The translations under genes were made by a program, and so were the position numbers. A stretch of DNA of 64,000 bases from an uncultured Bacilli bacterium. GTDB lineage: Bacteria > Bacillota_I > Bacilli_A > RF39 > UBA660. Location of the stretch: contig OZ007022.1 in the NCBI GenBank assembly GCA_963931515.1, positions 589,747 to 653,746 of the forward strand, read 5' to 3'. This document shows positions 9,904 to 19,000 of this stretch, piece after piece (positions within the stretch are counted from its first letter, which is position 1; each line of letters begins with the position of its first letter). The notes below the pieces were generated by a model. The model saw nothing but the letters and a program-made list of their open reading frames with translations. It had not been told where the DNA came from and did no database searches.

Positions 9904-9923
9904 ATAAGTTCGGAAAATACTTG
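9740..9923 (+). ncRNA. putative omega-RNA scaffold plus guide of TnpB copy B
   Basis: Conserved right-end sequence ending ...ttttgttctat at 9903. The adjacent unique sequence ataagttcggaaaatacttg would be the guide. Confidence 0.45.
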
Positions 9924-9929
9924 CACGGT

Positions 9930-10290
9930 CAACCAACACTGAATATAAAATCAATATAGGAGTTCAAGAGGAGGTTAAAAACAAATTACAAAAATAAATT
10001 ACAATATTCCATAAGCTACAAGAATGAAACAGCTTAATTATGTAATAAGAGGCTTTATAAATTACTTTAAAATTGTAGATATGAAAGGTGTCATGAGGAA
10101 CATTACTAGTCATTTAAATAGCTGAATAAGATGTTTGCTTTGGAAACAATGGAAAACTTGTAAAGATAGACTAAACCGATTAATAAGACTTGGAATAGGT
10201 AAAGAAAAATTCAAAAGTTTAGCTTTTAGTTGGAAGAGTTATTGGAATAGCTCTATGCCGCTAATCTTACATATAGCAATATCTAAGTAG
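9930..10290 (+). pseudogene. remnant of a group II intron-encoded reverse transcriptase/maturase (C-terminal about 100 aa, one internal stop)
   Basis: Frame translation gives ...RMKQLNYVIRGFINYFKIVDMKGVMRNITSHLNS*IRCLLWKQWKTCKDRLNRLIRLGIGKEKFKSLAFSWKSYWNSSMPLILHIAISK*. This matches the conserved maturase/X-domain tail of LtrA-like IEPs (LNPIIRGWANYFK...WKQWKKPKTR...LIRLG...SPILHRALSN). No RT domain or intron domain V was seen. Confidence 0.6.
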
Positions 10291-10429
10291 GAGATTAAAA
10301 GTAAATTGATTAATTTTTTCTACTGGATTCTCTATATGAAAAAATTATATATCTATGATTTTTAATTATATTATTATACTTTAAAAAAAACAAATAGTAC
10401 GGTATAATATAGTGGAAATGGAGGGTATT

Positions 10430-11011
10430 ATGGCTAAAGAAAGAGAAGTTACGATTCTTAATATTGATGAGAAGGGTTTTGTAAGCAAGTTATTGAATAA
10501 TGGAGCAGTAAAAAAAGATGAATTTTTGCAAAGAAGATATACATATGACTTTAATCCGATATTGCCTAATAAATGGATTAGGCTTAGGACAAATGGTAAA
10601 AAAACGACTTTGACAATTAAGGAAATCAAAGATAAAACGGCTATAGATGGGACTATGGAGTTAGAAACAGTTGTGGGTGATTTTGATGTTATGAATGATA
10701 TTTTAAAGGAACTTGGATATAGATATCGTAATTATCAAGAAAATTACCGAATTATTTATTCTCTGGATAATGTAGAAATTTCTATTGATTCTTGGCCTTT
10801 GATACCAACATATGCCGAAATAGAGGGTAAAACAAATGAAGATGTTGTTATGGCTTTAGAAAAGCTTGGATATACTTTGGATGATGCAACTACTTTAGAT
10901 GTGACATCTATTTATAATGAAATATATGGTATTGATTTACTTAAAATAAAAGAATTAAAGTTTGAAGGGAGTAATCATGAAAGTATGCTACAATATAACA
11001 AGCAAATGTAA
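10430..11011 (+). CDS. CYTH-like (triphosphate tunnel metalloenzyme / CyaB-like) domain protein
   Basis: About 193 aa. Acidic E-x-E motifs near both termini (KEREV... and YAEIEGK), and the size and pattern are typical of CYTH. A -10 box tataat lies at 10403-10408 and the RBS ggaggg before ATG 10430. The ORF track lists an upstream GTG at 10412. Confidence 0.5.
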   Translation: MAKEREVTILNIDEKGFVSKLLNNGAVKKDEFLQRRYTYDFNPILPNKWIRLRTNGKKTTLTIKEIKDKTAIDGTMELETVVGDFDVMNDILKELGYRYRNYQENYRIIYSLDNVEISIDSWPLIPTYAEIEGKTNEDVVMALEKLGYTLDDATTLDVTSIYNEIYGIDLLKIKELKFEGSNHESMLQYNKQM

Positions 11012-11714
11012 TAGAAATTGCAGATATTGTTTTAAGTTTAATAGGGAAGATTTGACTTTAGAAGAAAATGAAAGAGTTTTAGATAATTTATTTAAACTAG
11101 GTGTGAAAAAGATTTCATGGACTGGTGGCGAACCTTTTTTATATAAAGATTTGCCTCATTTATTAAAGAAAAGTAAAGAATATGGAATTATTAATTCTGT
11201 TAATACCAATTTAACGACCGTTGATGTGGATAATTTGGAAGAAAAAATTCAAAATGTTGACCAGCTAATTATTTCTTTAGATTTTATTTCTGATGATTTG
11301 AATGAAAAATATGGTATAGGAAAAGATTATTATGCTCATGTTTCTAAAATTTTAAAAAAAATAAAACAAATTAATCCTGATATAATATTACAATTAAATA
11401 CAGTATTATTTAATGGCAATATTAATTTTATGGATGAGCTTTATGAGGAAATATGCAAGTATGATATAGATTATTGGAAGATAATTAGGTTTTTACCAAT
11501 TAGGGGCAAAGCTTATAAGGAGAAAGATAATTTATCAATAACAGACGAACAATTTGATGAATTTACTAGAAATTTTAAAAGTCGAAAACAGAATTTTGAA
11601 ATTATTATTCATGGTTTAAAAGAAATGGAAAGAAAACATATTATTGTTTTAAGTTCAGGTAAACTTATTTATAGTGAAAATGGTAAGGATGAAGAAATTA
11701 AGTCATTAATTTAA
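10977..11714 (+). CDS. viperin-like radical SAM enzyme (prokaryotic viperin homolog)
   Basis: About 245 aa. The CNRNCRYCF radical-SAM cluster sits in a VxYxxTxxCNxxCxxCF context, and a [13 protein letters not shown] SAM-binding motif is present. Colinear matches to viperin continue through the protein ([22 protein letters not shown] versus [39 protein letters not shown] versus [26 protein letters not shown]...[15 protein letters not shown] versus WKVFQCLLIEG...VIGDEEFERFLERHK). The start overlaps the end of the CYTH gene. Confidence 0.7.
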   Translation: [245 protein letters not shown]

Positions 11715-11729
11715 GGAAAGGATGCAAAA

Positions 11730-12623
11730 ATGGATAAGAATATCAATTTAAATTTATATCGAATTTTTTATGAAGTTGCACAATATCATAGTATTTCAGA
11801 TGCTGCAAAAAATATGTATTTGTCACAGCCAGCAATAAGTAAAGCAATTAAAAATTTAGAAAGTGAACTTAATGCAATGCTGTTTTATAGAACCTTAAAT
11901 GGTATTATTTTAACTGATAAAGGTAAGGAACTATATGGGTTAGTAGAAGAAGCTTTAGGAAATTTTAGACAAGCAGAGAAGAAGATGCTGGAAAATAAGA
12001 ATTTAGAAAAGGGTTCTTTATCTATTGGTGTAAGATCTAATGTGGCTTCATTTTATTTACTTGATAAGATTGCGACTTTTCATGAAAAATATAATAAGAT
12101 TGATATTGTTATTATTGATAGGCCTAGTAGTGAGTTACTTAGAATGCTTTCTAATAATGAACTTGATTTTGTTTTGGATTCTGTTTCGGCAAAAGATGAA
12201 TTAGATGGTTTTGATGTTAAACCTTTAGATACTTTTACGCATACTTTTATAGTTTTGCCCGATTTAAATATTTTACCTAAAAGAGAAAAATATCATTTAA
12301 AAGATTTAGAATCACTACCGTTAATATTGCCGGTTTCTCATAGTTCACATAGACAATATTTAAATAATTTAGCTAAAGAAAACAATACTGTTTTCAATAA
12401 TGTTCTTTCGATAGAAACAAGCGAACTTATTTATAGTATGGTAAAAAAAGGTCTTGGAATAGGTTATATTTTGAGAGATATGGTTAAGAGTGATATTGAA
12501 TGTGGTAATTTAAAAGAAATAAAAATATATGAGGAACTTCCTGAAATATCTTTAAATTTAATATGTAAAGAAAGAAATTTAACTGAAGCACCTAGACATT
12601 TTATAGATGAATATTTAAAATAA
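11730..12623 (+). CDS. LysR-family transcriptional regulator
   Basis: 297 aa. N-terminal HTH (ISDAAKNMYLSQPAISKAIKNLE) and a C-terminal substrate-binding domain. Confidence 0.85.
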   Translation: MDKNINLNLYRIFYEVAQYHSISDAAKNMYLSQPAISKAIKNLESELNAMLFYRTLNGIILTDKGKELYGLVEEALGNFRQAEKKMLENKNLEKGSLSIGVRSNVASFYLLDKIATFHEKYNKIDIVIIDRPSSELLRMLSNNELDFVLDSVSAKDELDGFDVKPLDTFTHTFIVLPDLNILPKREKYHLKDLESLPLILPVSHSSHRQYLNNLAKENNTVFNNVLSIETSELIYSMVKKGLGIGYILRDMVKSDIECGNLKEIKIYEELPEISLNLICKERNLTEAPRHFIDEYLK

Positions 12624-12787
12624 CATGAAAAAATGTTATTTTTTTATTACTTTTTTTGATAGCAATTACTAGAATGTATATAGTTTTAAAAACTTTTTAT
12701 ATGAATGATTATTAGTTATATTTGTATAAATTATTGGTATTTTTCTGGCAGTTTAATTTGTGATACATTTAAATTGGAGGAGGAAAT

Positions 12788-14266
12788 ATGTATAAGGTGA
12801 TTGCAATTAGTGGTTATTCTGGAAGTGGAAAAACTACTATAAGTGAAGAGCTATTAAAAAGGGGTAATGAGTTAGTTTACTTTGATTTTGGTTTTTTATT
12901 TAGACCACTTACTTATTATTTAATAAACGAATTATCTTTAGATGAAGACGGTATTAGAGAGTTTGTTTTAAGTGGAAAATTGCAGCAACAGATTGATCTT
13001 ACTTATAAAATTACCTGTAATAAAGTGGAAGTAGGAATTAATGGTAATTTTTATAGTTATGAGGTTTTAAACACCCCCAAAATGAATATGGATACAGTAA
13101 TGGTTGGATCAATTGTCGGTGATTCTTTAAATGATGCTTTAAGAAGTATAGTTGATGATTTAAAATGTGAAAGTAATGTTTTGCTTAATGCGAGAAGGCC
13201 AGTTGTTGCTTATCCAGAAGTGGATTATCATATTTTTTTAGAAACTGATTTTGATGAGAGAGTTAAAAGAAAAATGTTGATGAATGGTGAGAATTATGAA
13301 ATTACTTTAAAAAAGTTAAAAGAACGTGATCAAAAAGAGAAGGATAGCGGTTTTTGGAAAAAGTATGATTTTACCCAAACTATCGATACTACAAATTTAT
13401 CTAAGAATGATGTCTTAGAGAGAGTACTTGGGATTTTAAATGATGATTTTGCACACTTTAATAATTTGACATTGATTTTAGGCTCTTATATGTGTAATAA
13501 AAACTGTCCATATTGTATTGCTAAAAATAATCAAAAGTTTTCTACCTGCGATAATTTAGAATCTTTGGATGAAATTTTAAATGAACTTATGGAAAATAAT
13601 ATAAAATTTAAAAGATTTGTTCTCAGTGGAAATGGGGAACCATCATTTTATTCTTTAGAAGATTTAGAATTAATCAAAGAATGTTTAATCAAATATAGAA
13701 ATTTGTTTGAAATAGTTAGGGTACATTCTTCGGGTAATATATTTAGTGAGGAAGATAAATTTAACCTTTTTAATCTTACTGATTTACCGCTAGAGTTTGA
13801 AATTCTCAGAGTAGCATTAAATTCTGATGTTGATATGAAGGTACTTGGATATAGTGAGGATTATTTAAAGAGTTTATTATTTAGAAACGGTAATATAAAA
13901 TGCGATATTGCTTTGACGGATTATTTAGAATGTTCTGATCTGTCATTACAGTTAAATGATTTTTTAAAAAACAACCCATCAATTAAGAAGGTGAGATTCA
14001 AAAGGCTATTAGTTGGCGATAATGATACAACAAAGCAGGCAAAATGGGTTAAAGAACATTCACTTGATGAAGATGCTATTCAAAAGGTTATTTTAGAACT
14101 TGGTTTAACTTTAAAAGATGATATTTATCAATCAGATGATAGGAAAATTCTTTATAAAACAAGCGGAGATTATGATTTTGATTATGTAATAAATGATGGA
14201 AAGCTTCAAAATTATAAGAATGAAATAAGTAGGGTTAAAGTGCTTAGAAGGAAGCTAGGTGGTTAG
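12788..14266 (+). CDS. fusion protein: N-terminal cytidylate-kinase-like NMP kinase plus C-terminal viperin-like radical SAM domain
   Basis: 492 aa. The N-terminal domain has a P-loop IAISGYSGSGKTTI, FDFGFLFR (compare Cmk LDTGAMYR), and an NMP-binding/LID segment aligning with Cmk (NARRPVVAYPEVDYHIFLETDFDERVKRKM...LKERDQKEKDSG). The C-terminal domain has CNKNCPYC, a RFVLSGNGEPSF SAM-binding motif, and looser matches to the viperin core (LEFEILRVALNSDVDMKVLGYS). Confidence 0.65.
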   Translation: MYKVIAISGYSGSGKTTISEELLKRGNELVYFDFGFLFRPLTYYLINELSLDEDGIREFVLSGKLQQQIDLTYKITCNKVEVGINGNFYSYEVLNTPKMNMDTVMVGSIVGDSLNDALRSIVDDLKCESNVLLNARRPVVAYPEVDYHIFLETDFDERVKRKMLMNGENYEITLKKLKERDQKEKDSGFWKKYDFTQTIDTTNLSKNDVLERVLGILNDDFAHFNNLTLILGSYMCNKNCPYCIAKNNQKFSTCDNLESLDEILNELMENNIKFKRFVLSGNGEPSFYSLEDLELIKECLIKYRNLFEIVRVHSSGNIFSEEDKFNLFNLTDLPLEFEILRVALNSDVDMKVLGYSEDYLKSLLFRNGNIKCDIALTDYLECSDLSLQLNDFLKNNPSIKKVRFKRLLVGDNDTTKQAKWVKEHSLDEDAIQKVILELGLTLKDDIYQSDDRKILYKTSGDYDFDYVINDGKLQNYKNEISRVKVLRRKLGG

Positions 14267-14267
14267 G

Positions 14268-14978
14268 ATGAGGCAGATACTTAAATTTATTGGAACGGGT
14301 GGAGCTTTTTCTACAAAATATGTAAATAATTCTGCTTACTATTATTTAAAAAATGATGAAATACTTTTGTTTGACTCAGGAGAAACTGTTTTTCATGAAA
14401 TTTTAAAGTTAAATATTATAAATGAAAATATTAAAAGGGTTGATATTATTATTACTCATTTTCACAGTGACCATGTTGGTAGTTTAGGTAGTTTGGTGTT
14501 TTATTTAAGATTTAAAAAGGTAAGGGAAGTGAATATAATATTTCCGATTAAGAGAGTACCTTATATGTTATTAAATATATATGGTATTGATGAAAACCTT
14601 TATAATGTAAAAACACCTAAGGAGATAGAAGGATATTATATTAAAGAATATGAGCAATTACATGGCGATGTTAGTGATAATGGTAAAATTATACCAATGC
14701 CAAGTTATGGCTATCATGTAATTAGCGATAATGATAATTTCTTTTACAGTGGCGATACGTGCACCATAAGTGATATAATATTAGAGAAGTTTAAGAGTAA
14801 GAAAATTAAAGTTATGTATCACGAAGTGGCAACAGATGGTTATAAATCACATATGCAATTAGATGATTTGGCTAAATTAATTGAATTTGAAGATAGAAAG
14901 AGAATTTTCTGTATGCATATGGGTGATAATGTTGATGTTTTAAAAATTAAAAATTTAGGATTTGAAAGTGTGAGGTAA
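14268..14978 (+). CDS. metallo-beta-lactamase-fold hydrolase
   Basis: About 236 aa. HxHxDH motif (ITHFHSDHVGS) and downstream His/Asp ligands. Overlaps the stop of the preceding gene, so likely co-transcribed. Confidence 0.75.
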   Translation: MRQILKFIGTGGAFSTKYVNNSAYYYLKNDEILLFDSGETVFHEILKLNIINENIKRVDIIITHFHSDHVGSLGSLVFYLRFKKVREVNIIFPIKRVPYMLLNIYGIDENLYNVKTPKEIEGYYIKEYEQLHGDVSDNGKIIPMPSYGYHVISDNDNFFYSGDTCTISDIILEKFKSKKIKVMYHEVATDGYKSHMQLDDLAKLIEFEDRKRIFCMHMGDNVDVLKIKNLGFESVR

Positions 14979-14980
14979 TT

Positions 14981-15568
14981 ATGAAAGAAGAATTAGAAAT
15001 TTGTGTAAGGTCTTTGGTACCTTTTAATGAACTTTATGATGATATGATTAAAAAAGGTTTTCACGAACAAGAAAATTTTATTTTAAATGATATTTATATG
15101 GTTAAGGATGATGTGGAAGTATTTTTGGAAAACGAAGAAGTTATTTTTTCTAATTATGTTTTAATTAGAGAAACTGTTGGAAAAAGAAAAATGCTTGTTT
15201 TAAAGCATAAAGAAGTAAATGAAAATGGAGAGATAGTAAAACAAGAGTCAGTTAAATGCCCAATTACTGATATTCATAAGGCTTATGATTTTATGAAAGC
15301 TATCGGCTATAAAAAATTATTTGAAATAAGTGATCATAATGTTTTAATGAGTAATGGAAAAAACGAAATTTATATTCAAGATGTTAAAGGTATTGGAACT
15401 TATGTAGAGATGGAACAAAAGAATTTACTTTTAGAAAATAATAATGGCAATACGATTGATGAGATGAAAAATATTTTAAAGGAATATGATTTAAAAATTG
15501 ATGTAAGTGATTATTTTGTTAGAAAAGCCTATGATGCTTTAAAAGAAAATGTAGATTTAAGAAAATAA
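14981..15568 (+). CDS. second CYTH-like domain protein
   Basis: 195 aa. N-terminal EELEI and C-terminal YVEMEQK acidic motifs. Same size class as 10430..11011, but a different sequence. Confidence 0.45.
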   Translation: MKEELEICVRSLVPFNELYDDMIKKGFHEQENFILNDIYMVKDDVEVFLENEEVIFSNYVLIRETVGKRKMLVLKHKEVNENGEIVKQESVKCPITDIHKAYDFMKAIGYKKLFEISDHNVLMSNGKNEIYIQDVKGIGTYVEMEQKNLLLENNNGNTIDEMKNILKEYDLKIDVSDYFVRKAYDALKENVDLRK

Positions 15569-15804
15569 TGTGAAGTTTTGTAAAGATGCTAGAAAAAAAG
15601 ATATATATATGATATAATTTAATTGTCTAAAAGAAGAATACCGCTATGAAAAACCTACTAAGTATAACGATTGGGAATCTAATTCACTGGTGGTGTAGAA
15701 TACTTTAATTTATTAAAGGATCCTAAAGCTGGTGATGTGATGCCCACCTGGGAGATCAGGTTTTTAATTCGTTAAGGTTTCTCTTTTGGACTTTGCTTAT
15801 TTAT

Positions 15805-15845
15805 AACCCTTTGAATTTCTTTGATTTTCAAAGGGTTTTCTTTAT
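15805..15845 (+). terminator. strong rho-independent terminator
   Basis: Perfect 11-bp stem aaccctttgaa / ttcaaagggtt followed by ttctttat. Confidence 0.7.
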
Positions 15846-16020
15846 GGCTTTTTTTGTGGGAATATTTTTTTGTGCAATAATACTCACTTAATGCATAAAT
15901 TATTTTTGGCGGGCTACTTTATAGAATTTTTTTTCGATTTTTTATACTTTTTTGTACATTTTTATTGAATTTTGAATATTATTTGTTATAATAAGTAGCA
16001 CGACAGAAAGTGAGGAGTGT

Positions 16021-19000
16021 ATGAAAGTAAAAAACTGTCTAGGGGTGGCATGTTTACTACTAGCACTTTGTGTCAGCCTATTTTTAAATTTTGGAGTTAA
16101 CCATGATAATCCTAGTTTAAAAATGGCTTCAAATGAGAGCAATATAGCTCTTAATGGCAACCAGATTAACACAATATTTAATTCTAACCAGAATGGCATA
16201 CAGAAGTTAAGTACTTCACATTTTGTTCGTGAAGTAGGAAACTATAATTTGGCAGATTATTTGAATGAAAATAGTTATTTTACTATTGACGGCACAAAAG
16301 TTGATGAAGACTTTAAGGATACTGTCGAATATGGAGATGTTATTGACATTCATTTAGAGTGGTCTTTGCCAAATACAACAGATTGGACCACAGAAAATAC
16401 TTTTAGTTATGAACTTCCAGCTGGATTTACATTTACTAATGTCCAAAATGGAGTGATAAGAAATGGGGCCGAGGCTGTCGGTGTTTATACTATTTCTGGA
16501 AATCAAGTAACTATTAGGTATACTGATGAAGAGTTTTTAAAATTAAGTAATATTACTGGTACTTTAAATGTATCAGGTGAGATTACTGAAAGTGCTATAG
16601 GTGGTGGCGATGGAGGTAGGATTGATTTAGAAATTCCTGGTGTTGGAACAGTTATAATCAATGTTAAACCAACTAGTGCTTTAAGAATTCATAAATCAGT
16701 TGAAAAGATTGATACTGATACTTATGAGTTTAAAGTTGAAGTAACTGCGATAACTGATAATACCAATGTGGTCATTACTGATTCAATGGGTCAGTATTTA
16801 GAGCTTATCACTGATTCATTTAAGATTACAAAGGCTGATAGTAATCAAAATGTTCAAGATATGACTGATAAAATTAAACCTACTATTAATGGAACAACTG
16901 GCTTTGTTTATACAATTGATAAGTTAAATAAAGGTGATGTCGTAACCATAACTTATAGAGCCAATGTTTTAGATGGTGGATTTATTAGTAGCTCTACTGA
17001 TAATGATTTAAGAAATACAGCAAGAGTTAAAAGTGATGAACTTCCAAATGAAATTACAGCTACTGCGTTAGTTAGTACTTATAAAGCAGATGTATCTAAA
17101 GATGGTAGATATAATCTTAGTGATTATACTGCAGTTTGGACTATTACAGTAAAACCGGGAGAAAAAGGTGTAACGTTAAAAGACGTTATTGCTGATGGTC
17201 AAGAAATTACAGGTGATATAACAGTTACCGAAAGTGATGATAATGGTTCTAGTTATCATGATTCTGAATTAACTATTACAGCTGATGAGTTACAAAAAGG
17301 TTATACTTTTGCAGAAGATGCGACAGGACAAAAAGTATACAAAATTACATTTAAAACAAAAGCAACTGGTGAACAAACTGAGTTATATAACGAAGCTACA
17401 ATTTATGTTGGGGAAAATCATAGTGTATCTGATGATGCGACTGTTGGTCTTGTTCCTGGAGTAACTATTTCTAAATATGTTAAAAGTGCAGATGACAGGG
17501 AAGGAGTTATTCACTGGAATACAAAGGTAACAATACCTAATATCGATGGAAAACAAAAAAAGGTTTCCTTTAAAGATGTTTTAGGTGATGGCTTAACATT
17601 AGATGTAACTACTGTAAAAGTTAATGATACTTCTATTAATGAAACTACAAATCCTAAGCTAGAATATAATGCAAGTAAGACAGAATTTACAATTGATTTT
17701 GGTAATATTGAACCAGGTAAAGAGTTAAATATTTCTTATGATACGACATTTGATAACAGTGAATCAAAAACATTTTATAATACGTCTACTGTTACTGTAG
17801 ATGGTGAAGGAAAATCATCTACAGGTAAATATGAGTATAATAAGAAAGACAATTATATTCAAAAGTATTTGAATAATTTTAGCGATAACTTTAGTAAAAC
17901 AGGTATTGCTAGATGGGAGATTAAAATTGATAGGTTACCTAAAGATGTTAAGGATACTTATGTAACAGATACTATTCCTGATGGTATGGAATATGTGGAA
18001 GGCTCTGCAAAATTAGTGTTAAATTATAATCCTTATACAACTTATAAACTTGAACCAAAACTTGAAGATGGTAAGTTAATATTTGATTTAGATGATTATA
18101 TTGATGAGCTTAGTGCGAATAGTGCTGGAGCATCTATTTTCTACGATAGCAGGTTAACTGATATTTTTGCTGATCAAAAGACTTATACTAACAAGGCTAA
18201 TATTACAATTAATGATTATACATATCCAGATGTAGAAGCATCTATTACAGGTAAAGTTACTCAGTTACTTGATAAAACAGCAGTCTATAATACTTATACG
18301 GCACCAGAAGTAGAATATACTATAAAGGTTAATGAGGGTAAGGCTGATATTGTTAAAGATTCTGACACTTTAGTTTTGGATGATGAAATGGGTTCAGCTT
18401 TAGAATTTATTAGAGGAAGTTTAAAGATTAATGGTGAAGCTGCAGATCCTGATAGTTATGAATGGAATCAAGAGACTCATATGTTAACGCTTCATGTTCC
18501 TGACAGTGAATCATTAATAATCACATATAAGGCTAGAGTTACATTAAGTGCTGGCGAAGAGTTAAACGAAGATAATGCTTTTAATAAAGTTAATTTATTT
18601 GTTTATGATGAAAATTCCGCTGAAAGTAAATGGATTTTGAAAGGTGAAGTTTTAGAAAGCTCAGCTACTTCTTCAGGAAATTCACAAATGATTTATGTAT
18701 ATAAATATAAAGATGGTGATAAGAATACACCACTTGCTGATGTTGAGTTTAATTTATATGAATTAGGCTTTACTGGTAGTGGTAATACTTTTGAGTTAAC
18801 TGGTGAAGAAAATTTAGTTTCTACATTAAAAACTAAAGATGATGGATATGCTAGTTATAGTGGTATTAATTATGATAGTGTATATAAATTAGTTGAGTCT
18901 AAAACTGTAGATGGTTATATTTTAGATACGACGGTATATTACTTTGTATATCCAGGAAATGATGGAATTGAATATCCAGATAGTATTGAACAATATTATC

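Noticed and set aside
9754-9954. 66-aa minus-strand ORF downstream of tnpB copy B. The mirror sequence near copy A also reads as an ORF.
   Set aside because: Overlaps the conserved IS605 right-end/omega-RNA region, which is better explained as structured non-coding RNA.
15640-15770. Possible tRNA or SRP RNA in the intergenic region (gggaatctaattcactggtgg...gatcaggttttt)
   Set aside because: No tRNA cloverleaf, T-loop GTTCRANYC, or SRP domain IV consensus could be matched. Kept only as a possible small transcript.
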